Shown in pieces: positions 40,382-52,100 of a stretch of 64,000 bases of DNA. Within the stretch, counting starts at the first letter, position 1. Every line of letters begins with the position of its first letter. The notes below the pieces were generated by a model. It had not been told where the DNA came from. It saw nothing but the letters and a program-made list of their open reading frames with translations, and did no database searches. This DNA comes from an uncultured Gemmatimonadales bacterium (GTDB lineage Bacteria > Gemmatimonadota > Gemmatimonadetes > Gemmatimonadales > GWC2-71-9), in the NCBI GenBank assembly GCA_963821525.1, contig CAWGED010000008.1, forward strand, positions 227,773 to 291,772. The letters are read 5' to 3'. The position numbers were made by a program, and so were the translations under genes.

Positions 40382-42512
40382 TCATGCGGGATAGAACCGG
40401 CCGCCCTGCTCCGCCAGCTCCACCAGGGTCGGCGCAGGATTGAACCGTGCTCCGTACTGGCTCTCGAGCTGGCGCAGGACGCTCACCACGTTGGCCGCGC
40501 CCAGGTCGTCGATGTAACGGAGCGGTCCGCCCCGGAAGGGAGGATAGCCGAAGCCGAAGATGGCGCCGATGTCACCGTCTCTTGGCGAGCGCACGACGCC
40601 TTCTCCAGCCGCCATCGCGGCCTCGTTGAGCATGATGTACACCAGTCGCTGCTCGATCTGGGTGAGTGTCGTGCGGCTTCACCGGACGGATGCCGAGCAG
40701 GTCGTAGGCCGCCTCGTCGGGACCGGTCCGCAGGTTGTTGTGATAGTGGTAGAAGCCTCTCCCGTTCTTCCGTCCGTAGCGTTCGGCCTTGATCATCGGC
40801 TCCACCACATCAGACGGAATCATCCGCTCGCCGAAGGCACGGTGCATCACCTCTCCCGCCTTGGCGCCGACATCGATCCCGACTTCGTCCAGCAGCGTGA
40901 ACGGACCGACCGGGAACCCGAATCGGGTCATCAGGCGATCGATCACGTCCATCGGCACGCCTTCCCGGAGCAGGAATCCCGCCTCGTTCATGTAGGGCGT
41001 GAGGATCCGGTTGACCCAGAAGCCGGGACGGTCCCGCACCACGATCACCGTCTTCCCCAGCTTCCGTCCGAATTGGACCGCGGTGACGATGGTTTCGGCG
41101 CTGGTCTGTTCGGTCGGAATGATCTCGAGCAGCGGCATCCGGTCCACCGGGGAGAAGAAGTGCATGCCAACCACCCGGTCGGGACGGGCAGCCTCCGCGG
41201 CGATTTCCGAGATGGGAATGGTCGAGGTATTGGTGGCGAACACGGCAGTGGTCGGAATCGCGGCCTCTGTCTCCATCAGGACCCGGCGCTTGAGCTCGAG
41301 ATCTTCGAACACCGCCTCGACGACCAGATCGATCAGGCCGAAGCCGGAATAATCCGCTCCACCCGAGAGCAGGGCCGAGAGTCGCTGATACTCGAAGCGG
41401 GAGATCCGGCGACGCTTGAGCCGGTGGTTGAGAATGTCGCCCGCGGCCTTGAGTCCCTTGCCGACGCGGGTGAGGTCGGTGTCCTTGAGGCGCACGTCCA
41501 CGCCCGCGGTGGTCACCGCGGTCCCGGCGATGCCCGATCCCATGAACCCGGAGCCGATCACGCCGAGTCGCTTGACTGGCCGGGGTTGGGCGCTGCCGGG
41601 AGGAATCCCGTCGTCCTTCTTGAGCGCATTGGTGGCGAAGAAGATCTGCACCAGCTTGCGGGAGACGTCGGTGACCGCGAGCTCCCCGAACTTCCGATGC
41701 TCCATCTCGTATCCGGCCGCGGCGCCCTCCTCCATTCCGGTCTTGACCACCTCGAGTGCCTCGAAGGGGGCAGGGTAGTTGCCGCGGGTCTCCTTTTCGA
41801 TTCCTCGCCGTGAGATCGCGTAGACCAGCTTTCGCCCGAGCGGATTCTTCTCCAGCAGCCAGGCCATGAAGCCGCCCGGTGGCTCGCGCTGAGGCAGACC
41901 ATTCGCCGCGAGTCGAGCAGCGGCACGCAGCGCGATGTCGAGCAGGATGCTCGGAGGAACCACTTCGTCCACCAGGCCCAGGCGCAGCGCCTGGGACCCC
42001 CGCTTGCCGCGCGAGGAGAGAATCATCTCGAGCGCGGCCCGCAGACCGATCAGTCGCGGCAGCCGCTCGCATCCGCCGGCGCCGGGCAGGAGTCCCAGCC
42101 GAACCTCGGGAAGCGCCAGCTCGGTCTTCGGGTGATCGGTCGCGATGCGATAGTGACAGGCGAGGGCAAGCTCCAGTCCACCGCCCAGACACGCGCCATT
42201 GATGGCCGCGACCACCGGCTTGGGAAAGTCGGCGATCCGCTGCAGCATCTCCTGCCCCTCGCGGGAGAGCCGCTCGAATTCCTCCCGGGTGGAGAGCCGG
42301 GTGAACTCTTCGATGTCGGCGCCGGCAATGAAGGTGTCTGGCTTTCCGGAGCGAATCACCACCGAGTTGCAGGCCGGATTGCCCCTGATCTCCTCGAACG
42401 CCGCCTCGAGCTCCGTCTTCACGGCGCTATTCAGCTTGTTCACCGGCTCGCCTGGGAGGTCCAGGGTGAGGACGGCGGTGGGGCCGGAGGTGGAGATAGA
42501 GATCGCGGTCAT
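40382..42512 (-). CDS. fadJ: fatty-acid oxidation complex alpha subunit (frameshift ~40670)
   Basis: Crotonase 'FIAGADI', 'GGGLE.AL'; HADH 'GSGFMGSGIA', 'GMHFFSP'; C-terminal 'GFGYPPFRGGP' in a second frame. Confidence 0.9.
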
Positions 42513-42526
42513 GACTCGAAAGGGTG

Positions 42527-42585
42527 GTAGGGAGTAGGGGGTAGGGAGTAGGGCCCTATTCCCCACTCCCTACTCCCTATTCCCT
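42527..42585. repeat. fold-back heptamer array (GTAGGGA)n-(CCCTACT)n within fadI-fadJ
   Basis: Near-perfect hairpin centred on GGGCCC at 42551-42556. Confidence 0.9.
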
Positions 42586-42593
42586 GCTTCTCC

Positions 42594-43886
42594 TCACCTG
42601 ACATTCTGCAGCACCATGGCAAACCCCATCCCGCCCTGGGCACAGATCGAGATGAGGCCGAACTCGACGTCGCGGCGGCGCATTTCGTTGGCGAGCGAGG
42701 TGGCGAGTCGCGCACCAGTGGCGCCAAAGGGATGGCCGATCGCGATCGAGCCCCCCATCACATTGGTCCGATCCCAGTCTACCTGTCCCACCGGAGCCTT
42801 GCGACCGAGCCGCTCCGCCCAGGCCTGCGATCCCCAGGCCTGCACATTGGACAGTACCTGCGCCGCGAATGCCTCGTGGATTTCGACCAGGCCCAGATCC
42901 TTCCAACTGATTCCCGCGCGATCGAGGGCTTTGGGCACCGCCCAGACCGGACCCATCAGCAATTGCCAGCCGGGATCCACCGCGGCCACTGCGTAACTCC
43001 GCACCGCCGCGAGCGGCTGGTAGCCCAGCGATCGCGCTTTCGATTCTTCCATGAGGAGCGTGACCGCGGCACCATCGGTGAGCGGTGACGAGTTGCCCGC
43101 GGTCACCGAGCCGTAACGCTTGTCGAATACCGGCTTGAGCTTGGCAAGCGCCTCCAGCGAAGTGTCGGCCCGGATCAGATTGTCGGTAGTTACGATCTGA
43201 TCCATGGCGCGACCGCCAAACCATGGCGCAATCTCCCGTCCCAGCCGGCCATCCTGAGTCGCGGCGCTGGCACGCTGATGGGAGAGGAGAGCAACGCGAT
43301 CCTGCTCCTCTCTGCTGATGCCGTTCTCCTTCGCCATCTTCTCCGCAGACTGACCCATGGACTCCCCGGTGGATGGCTCGGCAATCGCCGGTGCCACCGG
43401 AATCAGATCCTTGAACCGGATCTTGGAGAAGATGGCCAGCCGTTGCCCCAGGGATCTCGCCTTGCTCGCATCCATCAGGATCTGGCTCATCCGCTTGGAG
43501 TGCAGAATCGGAATATCGGAGAGCGACTCGACTCCGCCCGCCAGCACCACGTCGGCGTTGCCCAGGACGATCTGATCGGCGGCGTAGCTGATGGCCTGTC
43601 CCGAGGAAGCGCAGGCCCGATTGAGGGAGAAGGCGGGAACCGTGGCGGGGAATTGCGGTAAGAGACTCACCTCGCGCGCCACATTCGGTGCCAGAGGAGA
43701 AGCGACCACCTGGCCGAACACCACTTCGTCGACCAGCGACCCGTCCAGCTCGGAGCGGTGCAGCAGCTCCTCAGTGACCCGGCGGGCGAGTTGGACTGCG
43801 GTCACATCTTTGAATACAGTGCCGCTCTTGGCGAAGGGAGTGCGCAGGCCGGCGACGATGACCGGGCGGCGGGCAGGGTGGGACAT
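42594..43886 (-). CDS. fadI: acetyl-CoA C-acyltransferase (thiolase)
   Basis: 'NRACAS', 'HEAFA', 'GHPFGATG', 'CAQGG'. Confidence 0.93.
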   Translation of the reverse strand: MSHPARRPVIVAGLRTPFAKSGTVFKDVTAVQLARRVTEELLHRSELDGSLVDEVVFGQVVASPLAPNVAREVSLLPQFPATVPAFSLNRACASSGQAISYAADQIVLGNADVVLAGGVESLSDIPILHSKRMSQILMDASKARSLGQRLAIFSKIRFKDLIPVAPAIAEPSTGESMGQSAEKMAKENGISREEQDRVALLSHQRASAATQDGRLGREIAPWFGGRAMDQIVTTDNLIRADTSLEALAKLKPVFDKRYGSVTAGNSSPLTDGAAVTLLMEESKARSLGYQPLAAVRSYAVAAVDPGWQLLMGPVWAVPKALDRAGISWKDLGLVEIHEAFAAQVLSNVQAWGSQAWAERLGRKAPVGQVDWDRTNVMGGSIAIGHPFGATGARLATSLANEMRRRDVEFGLISICAQGGMGFAMVLQNVR

Positions 43887-43970
43887 GCGGGAAAGGTAGT
43901 GGGACCGGGAAACGGGGCGGCACCTTGTCTTTGAGCCGGTCCGCCCTTAGCCCTTGGTAGGCTAGGCGAT

Positions 43971-44534
43971 CTACCTCTTCTGAGCCACGACGCTCGCCAC
44001 CGCGCGGACTTTCGTCGCGTCGATCGGCTCGAACACCTCCCGGCCGTGCAGCACTTCGAGCGGCGCGATGAGCTGCGACAGCTCACCGGGTTTGAGCAGA
44101 TGCTCCTCGCGGGTGGGACCCCAGCCCAGGTCCCGCTGCCAGTCGAGGTAGGTTTCCATGAACAGGAGTCCGCCCGGCGCCACCAGCCGTACAATGTCGG
44201 CTATGCGCCCGCGGTCCAGATAATTGAACACCATCACCGCATCGAAAGGGCCAAGCTGCGGCCACTCGCCCTCGAGATCCACCATTCGCCAGTCCACCGT
44301 CACGCCCAATCGTGATCCGGCTTCGCGCGCCGTATCCAGCTTGGAATCGTCCTGGTCGATGCCGGTGACCGTCCCTCCCCACTGCGCCGCTTTCAGCGCA
44401 TGCCGCCCTTCGCCGCAGGCGATGTCCAGCACCCGCTTTCCCGGCCCGAACAAGTAGTCATGCCAGAGCAGCCAGGCGCTGGGACGCGGGAGATACAGCA
44501 CAGGCGGGGGAGCACCCCGGGTGAGATCTGGCAT
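43971..44534 (-). CDS. class I SAM-dependent methyltransferase
   Basis: 'VLDIACGEGRH', 'FNYLDR', 'LLKPGEL'. Confidence 0.88.
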   Translation of the reverse strand: MPDLTRGAPPPVLYLPRPSAWLLWHDYLFGPGKRVLDIACGEGRHALKAAQWGGTVTGIDQDDSKLDTAREAGSRLGVTVDWRMVDLEGEWPQLGPFDAVMVFNYLDRGRIADIVRLVAPGGLLFMETYLDWQRDLGWGPTREEHLLKPGELSQLIAPLEVLHGREVFEPIDATKVRAVASVVAQKR

Positions 44535-44544
44535 CGTTCCTCAT

Positions 44545-46283
44545 TGCAAGTTCTGACCAGCGAACCAGCCGACCTGTTGGTGATCGGTGGCGGGATCACG
44601 GGCGCCGGGATCGCCAGAGACGCGGCGATGCGGGGGCTCGCGACCGTGCTGGTGGATCAATCGGACTTCAGCGCGGGGACCAGCTCAAGATCGAGCCGAT
44701 TGGTCCACGGGGGACTGCGCTACCTCGAGCAGGGAGATTACCGCCTCGTCTTCGAGGCACTGCACGAGCGCCGGATCCTGCTCAACATCGCCCCACACCT
44801 GGTCCGCCCCCTGCCATTCGTCTTTCCGGTGCACCAGGGTGACCGGGTGCCCTTCTGGAAGCTCACGGCCGGGGTGGGCCTCTACGCCCTCCTCGCACTC
44901 TTCCGCAATGTGGGGTCCATCCGCATCCTCGGCAAGCGCGCCCTGCTCGCCGCCGAACCGGCCCTGCGGGAGCGGGGCCTGGTAGGCGCGACTCGCTACT
45001 ACGACGCCCAGTGTGACGACGCTCGCCTCGTGCTTGCCACAATCCGCTCAGCGATGCGCCACGGCGCCCGGGTCGCGAACTACATGGAAGTAGACGCCCT
45101 CGAGAAGGCGGGCGGCGTGGTTCACGGCGCCAAGGTAAGAGACGTTCTGAACGGAGAGACCGGAACCATCCAGGCCAAGGTCGTGGTGAACGCCACGGGG
45201 CCCTGGAGCGATCTGCTCAGGCGGCTGGAAGATCCCAACGCGAAACCGTTGCTGCGCATCACCAAGGGCGCGCACGTGATGGTGCCCAGGTCTCGCATCG
45301 GCCATGAATCCGCAATCACCATGACGAGTCCGATCGACGGACGGGTCATGTTCGCACTGCCCTGGGGTGAGTTCTCCTACATCGGAACGACCGATACCGA
45401 CACCACGGAGTCAGGCGATCGAGTGCGCGTCTCCGAGGAGGACGTGGTCTACCTCCTCCGTTCGGCCAATGCCTACTTCCCCAACGCTCACCTTACCGAA
45501 TCCGACATCGTGTCGTCCTGGGCCGGACTGCGCCCCATGGTCGCTCCCACATCGGCGATGGGAGCGTCGGAAGTTCCCCGCGAGCACCAGATCACCCGCG
45601 GCCCGGAAGGAATGCTGAGCATCATCGGCGGAAAACTCACCACCTACCGCCGGATGGCGGCGGAAATGGTGGACCGGGTGGAGGAAGAACTGCACCGGAT
45701 GGATGGACGCGCCCGCGGCGAAAAGGCGGAGACCGATATCGAGCCCTTGCCCGGCGGTGAAGCGAGAGCATTCGAGACTTTCCGTCAGACCGGATTGGAC
45801 CTCGGTCTCTCGGACAAGACGGTGGAGCACCTGCTCTCCCACTACGGCACCGAAGCCGCGGCCATCAATAACCTGGTGCGCGAGAACCGCTCACTCATGA
45901 CCCCGCTCGCACCACCGCATCCCGCGATCGAAGCCGAAGTGGTTCATGTGACTCGACGCGAAATGGCCCAGCGGGTAGAGGACGTCCTGATTCGGCGAGT
46001 GCACTTGTACTACGAGACGCGGGACCAAGGCGCCTCGGCCGCTCACCGGGTGGCGGAGTTGATGGGGAAGGAGCTGGGGTGGGATGAGGCGAGGGTGGGG
46101 GCGGAGGCGGGGCGGTATCGGGAGACAGTAGACGGGAGACGGGAGATGGGAACAGCGAGGCGCGTAACTGCGTCACCTCATCCCGAGCGCAGCGAGGGAT
46201 CTCACCGTCTCCCGTCTTCCGTCTACTGCACCACCAGCTCCCCCGTCATCGGCGGCCCGTCGGGCGTGCTCTCATACGTGTAG
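44545..46283 (+). CDS. glpD: FAD-dependent glycerol-3-phosphate dehydrogenase (both ends uncertain)
   Basis: GGGITG, 'GTSSRSSRLVHGGLRYLE', 'DDARL', 'GGKLTTYR'; the ORF reads through a repeat after ~46130. Confidence 0.9.
46121..46225. repeat. heptamer fold-back (GACGGGA)n...(TCCCGTC)n enclosing a REP at 46176-46203
   Basis: CCTCATCCCGAGCGCAGCGAGGGATCTC lies between the arms. Confidence 0.8.
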
Positions 46284-47215
46284 GTGCCCGGGGTCGTAAA
46301 AATGAACTGGTAGCTCGTGTTGGAACCGCCAGTCAGGAGACCGCTGTCGAACGCAACCGGGCCGCTGGTTGAGGTGACGGTGTGGGGCACGGGGCTCGCC
46401 TTATCCCAGATGACCGTGGTCCCCACTGTGACCGTATCGATTGCGGGGTTCTCGGTGCCGTTGTGGAGACTACGGAAGAAGTTGTTGCCCAGCATGATGT
46501 GGAACTGCGGAGCGGTCACCTCGAGATCGAACGTCACCGAGGACAAACCCCCGACCGGCTCCGCGGTAACCTGCGCCGGTCCGACGGTGTTACCGGCCGC
46601 AACGGAGAGGGAGGTAGCGCCGTCGGCCTGCGTAATACTGACGGGACCATCCAGTACCACCGATCCTGAAGTCACCGACCAATCCACCTCGATCGACGGC
46701 ACTCCGTTACCGAAGTTGTCGGTGACCTGGAGCGACATCGGAAGTGCGAATGACAATCCGACTTCCTGCGACTGGTTGTCACCTGCTGTTTTCTCGATCG
46801 AGGTGGGATTACCGGGGTTCGCAGTGGCCGAGAAGTTGACGGGAGAACCGGTCGCGCCGTCGACTGTCGCGGTCGCGGCCTGAGGTCCCGCGGTTTGCGA
46901 CAGCTTCCAGGTCGTCTGGGCGATCCCGTTGGGATCCGTCAGCGCCGAGGTGCCGATGGTAGAGCCGGGTCCGGACGTCGCCCACTCGACGGTGACTCCC
47001 TCGACGGGAACCCCGAGTTCCGTAACAATGACCCGAAGGGGAATCGGCAACAGCGCGTCCACCGAGGCAGTCTGGTTGTTGCCGTTGGGCGCCGGCGCCA
47101 ACTCGAGGACCTGGCCGGCGGGGCCGCCACCCCCGCCTCCATTGTCGCTGCTGCTGCAGGAAAGGCCAACCGCAACTGCTACGGCCAGAACAACCGGAGT
47201 TACTGCTGTTCGCAT
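46223..47215 (-). CDS. lipoprotein: two Ig-like domains + cupredoxin-like domain with degenerate Cu site
   Basis: Lipobox GLSC; Big-type repeats; C-terminal 'HTVTS..YTYESTPDGPPMTG'. Confidence 0.8.
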   Translation of the reverse strand: MRTAVTPVVLAVAVAVGLSCSSSDNGGGGGGPAGQVLELAPAPNGNNQTASVDALLPIPLRVIVTELGVPVEGVTVEWATSGPGSTIGTSALTDPNGIAQTTWKLSQTAGPQAATATVDGATGSPVNFSATANPGNPTSIEKTAGDNQSQEVGLSFALPMSLQVTDNFGNGVPSIEVDWSVTSGSVVLDGPVSITQADGATSLSVAAGNTVGPAQVTAEPVGGLSSVTFDLEVTAPQFHIMLGNNFFRSLHNGTENPAIDTVTVGTTVIWDKASPVPHTVTSTSGPVAFDSGLLTGGSNTSYQFIFTTPGTYTYESTPDGPPMTGELVVQ

Positions 47216-47240
47216 GGCGGTCTCCTGTCGGGCCTAGGGA

Positions 47241-48230
47241 TCACTGCACCTCGATACTTCCCGCCATCCCCCCACCGGCCGCAGTACCGTGGTTGGAGCA
47301 GTGATACCGGTATGTCCCCGCCGTGTTGAACGTGAGCGGACCGTAAGTAAAGGGGGCGCTCTGCAGCGGGGTATCTGAGGTAAACGACGGCGGCCCATCC
47401 GAGATAATGCTGTGGCCGATAGCGCCAGCAGCCCAGGTCCAGGTGACCGTTCCACCCACCGCTACGATCCCCACCTTCGGAGTGAAAGAGTTGTTGGCGA
47501 CAGTGATCGTGATGGCTGTCGGCAGCGCAATCGAGGTCTCGGTGAAGGTCTGCGGCGAGCCGGTCAGGCCGGTCACCTCTGCATCCACCGTCACGTCGCC
47601 CGCGGTGGGACCAAACGTCAGCTCCGTCTCGGCGATCCCGTTGGCGTCAGTGTCTGAGGTTCCGGGCGCCACGGTCCCGTCTCCGCTGGTCACGGTCCAG
47701 GTGACGGTCACTCCTGGTACACCGTTTCCGAACTGGTCCGCGACCTTCGCCTGCAGCGGTGGCAGGGTGGAGTTGACCGCTCCCTGCTGGCCGTCTCCAC
47801 CAGCGATCGAGAGTTCAGCCGGGGCATCGGGATCGGCGGTCGCCGTGAAGGTGACGGGGGAGCCCCCGGCGCCGGCCAGTGTGGCCGTCGCGGTGACCGG
47901 CCCTGAGGTGTTGCCGAGGGTCCAGTCGGCCGTGGCCACTCCGTCCACATCGGTGGTCGAGGTCGCGTCGATGGTGCCAGACGGGCTCTCCCAAGTCACG
48001 TCGACACCCTGCTGCGCGGTGCCGTTCATCGTCACAATGACCCGCAACGGCAACGCCAGCGGCTGAGCGACCGTGGCGGTCTGGGCATCACCACTGTTGG
48101 TTGCAGTCTTGGCTATATCCGTCGTTGGATTTGGGCCACCGCCGCTGTCACTACTACTGCAGGCAAGAGCCAGCCCGCCGACCAGCAGGCTCGCCCCGGC
48201 AATGAGTTTAAGGGGAACGTACACGCGCAC
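47241..48230 (-). CDS. lipoprotein: two Ig-like domains + plastocyanin-like domain
   Basis: Lipobox ALAC; 'HSI..YRYHCSNH..GGMAG' gives His/Cys/His/Met type-1 Cu ligands. Confidence 0.85.
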   Translation of the reverse strand: MRVYVPLKLIAGASLLVGGLALACSSSDSGGGPNPTTDIAKTATNSGDAQTATVAQPLALPLRVIVTMNGTAQQGVDVTWESPSGTIDATSTTDVDGVATADWTLGNTSGPVTATATLAGAGGSPVTFTATADPDAPAELSIAGGDGQQGAVNSTLPPLQAKVADQFGNGVPGVTVTWTVTSGDGTVAPGTSDTDANGIAETELTFGPTAGDVTVDAEVTGLTGSPQTFTETSIALPTAITITVANNSFTPKVGIVAVGGTVTWTWAAGAIGHSIISDGPPSFTSDTPLQSAPFTYGPLTFNTAGTYRYHCSNHGTAAGGGMAGSIEVQ

Positions 48231-48395
48231 CGCAAAACCCTCCCTTCATGATTGTTGCAAGGCTCGTTTCAATCCGAGCAGGACCAGGTAAGCATACGTT
48301 TAAGACGGAACCGGGCAAGCCGGGAAACACGTAGGACGTTGGCTGACAAAAGGCCCAATAGGAGCGGATCAATCAGGATAGGGGCACATCAAGGA

Positions 48396-49088
48396 TCATG
48401 GGGGCGCAACAGTGAGATGAAACACAACGGACGGGGACCCGCCCGCCAGGGCGGCACTGACTGTTGCCGCACCGCCCAGGGGACCGGCTGTAAGCTCTAC
48501 TTCAGCGATCCCATCCGTTCCGCTATTGGTGACCGCTGCGTCGAGAATCACCGAGCCCGTAGTAACCTGCCACTGCACCGGAACTTGCGCGACACGGTTG
48601 CTCAAGCGGTCGGTCACCCTTACAGCCAGCGGCTCAGTAAAGACCAAACCCGAGGTCTGGTTCTGACCATCGCCCGACTCGATGAGAATCCTGCTGGGCG
48701 GGCCTGGTAGCGCAGTGGCCACGAACGTCACCGGCGATCCTGAGGCGCCGGAAACCGTGGCTGTGGCCACCTGGGGGCCTGCGGTGTTGGGCAGCTTCCA
48801 AAACGTCTGCGCCATGCCGTCCTGGCCTGTGAGTGTGGATTGGCCCACGGTGGCTCCCTGGCCCGAGGTCTCCCAGACTACCAAGACGCCCGCCTTCGGG
48901 GTGCCCTCTTCCGTAACAACCACCCGGATGGGATCGTGCAGATATGTATCCACCAGCTGCGTCTGCCCATTACCGTTCGCCGAATCTGCCTGGCGGACCA
49001 TGAGTGTTGTGGGGCTTTGGTCGGCACAGGCCCCGGACACCAGGCAGGTCAATAGCAGCGGGTTGATTGATGAGGTCGCGGAGCGCAT
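48396..49088 (-). CDS. lipoprotein with two Ig-like domains (paralog without cupredoxin)
   Basis: SGAC lipobox; 'NGNGQT..P.RV.VTE.G.P..GV.V.W.TSG' shared with 46223-47215. Confidence 0.7.
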   Translation of the reverse strand: MRSATSSINPLLLTCLVSGACADQSPTTLMVRQADSANGNGQTQLVDTYLHDPIRVVVTEEGTPKAGVLVVWETSGQGATVGQSTLTGQDGMAQTFWKLPNTAGPQVATATVSGASGSPVTFVATALPGPPSRILIESGDGQNQTSGLVFTEPLAVRVTDRLSNRVAQVPVQWQVTTGSVILDAAVTNSGTDGIAEVELTAGPLGGAATVSAALAGGSPSVVFHLTVAPP

Positions 49089-49172
49089 TTGTGGTATAGG
49101 ACGATTGGCTATCTTCAATCGGGCACGGGGGCCGCTCCCGTGGTACGCAGGCTCGCAGTCAGAAAGGGCAGT

Positions 49173-52100
49173 ATGTCAGCCGATCCCAATGTCTTCGAAA
49201 CCGCCAACGCCGGCTTCGCCCAGGTCATGTACGAGGAGTACTTACGGGATCCCTCCTCGGTAGGACCGGAGTGGCGGCGGCTGTTCGAGAGTGGAGTCGT
49301 AGGGGTCCGACCGGAGAATGGCGAGCCTTCGGGCCATGGTACCGATGGGCAGACCCAGAGTGCGGCCATGCCCGTGGCCGAGCCCCAGCCCGTGCCTGCG
49401 GAGCCGGTTTCGAAGCCCACCGCCGCGGCCGCAGCGCCCCCGGCCCCGCAGCCCCGGCCCTCCTCCAATGCCACCCCGATCACCGGCCCCGCTGCTCGCC
49501 TGGTCGGCAACATGGAGGAGAGCCTCCGCGTCCCCACGGCCACCACGTTCCGGGAGCTGCCGGTCGGGGTTCTGGAAGCCAGACGACGCGAGCTCAACAA
49601 CGCGCTCCGGAATGCAGGCCGGCCCGAAAAGGTCTCCTTCACCCACTTGATCGGATTTGCCCTGGTTCGGGCCGCTCACGCTCATCCGGTGATGACCACG
49701 GTGTTTGACCATTCCGGCGGCACGCCGGCGCGGATCAACACCGGGAAGGTGAACCTCGGTCTCGCAGTGGACGTCGAGCGGAAGGACGGGAGCCGCGGAC
49801 TCGTCGTCCCGGTAATCCAGGATGCGGCGTCCGGAAACTTCGCCCAGTTCCACAGCACCTACGAGTCGCTGGTCGAAAAGGCGCGGGCGAACAAGCTGAT
49901 GCCCGATGCCTTCGCAGGCGGCAACATGACGCTCACGAATCCGGGCGGATTGGGAACCGTAGCCTCAGTACCCAGGCTCATGGCCGGTCAGGGCAGCATC
50001 ATCGCGGTAGGAGCGATCGGCTATCCGCCGGCATTCACCGAGCTGTCCGACGACCGGATCCGGGAGCTGGGGATCTCGAAAGTCATGACGGTCACCAGCA
50101 CCTACGACCATCGGGTGATTCAGGGAGCCGAATCAGGCGAGTTCCTGCGGACCCTCGATGGCCTGATCCAGGGCGAGGAGAAGTTCTACGAGGAGATCTT
50201 CGCGAGTCTGGGCTTGCCGAGCCCGAGCGTCCAGCCAGCTCTGGCGGAGGCGCCGACCGCGAAACTGGGTCGTGGCTCGATGCCGGTCCGGGAGTCTTCC
50301 GTCGCACTCTACCACGTCGCCGCGGCGATGGCGCTGGTGAAGGCATACCGGACTCACGGACATCTCGCGGCGCATCTCGATCCCCTGGGCAGCGAGCCAC
50401 GGGGCGATCCTTCGCTGGATCCCGAACCGCTCGGCCTCACACCGGATGTGATGTCGTCGATACCCGCGGCGGTGCTGCGGGTCGCCACTCCGGGGGAGAC
50501 GCTGGCTGATGCGATCCCCGCGTTGCAGGACGCCTACTGCGGCACCATCGCGTACGAGCTGGAACACATCGCGGTCCACAATGAGCGGGTCTGGCTGCGC
50601 CAGATGATCGAGTCGGGCGCCCATCGCACAGCCACTCCCGGTCGAGGAGCAGAAGTGGTTGCTGCAGCGCCTCACCGAGGTGGAAACCCTCGAGAAATTC
50701 CTCCACAAGGCCTACCTCGGCGCCAAGCGTTTCTCGATCGAAGGAGTGGACATGCTGGTTCCGATGCTCGATCTGATCATCGAGCTGTCGGCCCAGCAGG
50801 GGACCCGCGAGGTGGTGATCGGCATGGCCCATCGCGGCAGGCTCAACGTGCTGGCCCACACCGTGGGACGCCCCTACGAGTCGATCTTCGCCGAGTTCGA
50901 GGGTGGTCGTCATGTAGAGGCTGGCAAGCTGACGCCTGAAGGCGGAACGGGAGACGTGAAATACCACCACGGCGCCGAGGGCTCGTATCGCACTCGGACC
51001 GGGAAGAGTCTCACCGTCACCCTGTCTCCCAATCCGAGCCATCTCGAGTTCGTCGGGCCGGTGGTAGACGGGCGGGCTCGCGCCAAACAGACCTCCCGGC
51101 GCGGGCGCGAAGCGCACCACGATGCGACCGCGGCCCTGCCAGTCATCATCCATGGCGATGCGGCCTTCGCGGGTCAGGGCGTTGTAGCCGAGACGTTCAA
51201 CCTGGGAGCGCTGGCCGGATATCGCACCGGCGGAACGATTCACCTCATCACCAACAACCAGGTCGGATTCACCACCGACATGGTTGACGCGCGCTCGACC
51301 CGGCACGCCAGCGACCTCGCGAAAGGGTTCGACGTGCCGATCATCCACGTGAACGCCGACGATCCGGAGGCCTGTGTCGACGCGGTCCGGCTGGCGATGG
51401 CCTACCGGGAGAAGTTCCGCGAGGACGTGCTGATCGATCTGGTAGGCTACCGCCGGCATGGGCATAACGAAGGCGACGAGCCGAACTACACCCAGCCCCA
51501 GATGTACCAGCGGATTCGCGCGCTGCCGACGGTGCGGGAGATCTACGCGGCAAGCCTGGCGGAGCGGGGCGTGGTTTCGGCCGACGCCGCGAAGAGCGCG
51601 GCCGAAGCTGCCTACCAGCGGCTGGTAGACGTGCAGCAGAGTTTCAAAGCGGGGATGGGCAAGGCGGTTCCGGCCGAGCCGGCGCCAGCGGAACGGTCCA
51701 GCGGCATGGAGGTCGAGACCGCGGTACCGGCGGAGTTGCTGACGGCGATCAACGAGCAGCTGTTGACCTGGCCCGCGGACTTCACGGTTAATCCGAAGCT
51801 CAAGAAGCAACTGGAGCGGCGCCGGCCCGCCTTGGGCGCCGAGGGCGGAATCGATTGGGCCCACGCCGAGGCGCTCGCGCTTTCCACGTTGCTTGTCGAG
51901 GGAATACCGGTCCGTCTAACCGGTCAGGATACCGAGCGGGGCACCTTCAGCCAGCGTCACCTGGTACTGCATGATGGGGAGCGCGACGTGTCGTACGCGC
52001 CCATCGCAAACCTGCCCGGCGCCCTCGCCACGATCGAGCTGCACAACAGCCCGCTCTCGGAACTGGCCCCGCTCGGATTCGAGTACGGGTACAGCGCCGC

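Noticed and set aside
46130..46283. GlpD C-terminal extension encoding a REP-derived peptide (HPERSEGS)
   Set aside because: It is read-through across a repeat into the convergent gene. An out-of-frame TAG near 46129 and the high indel rate make an artefact at least as likely.
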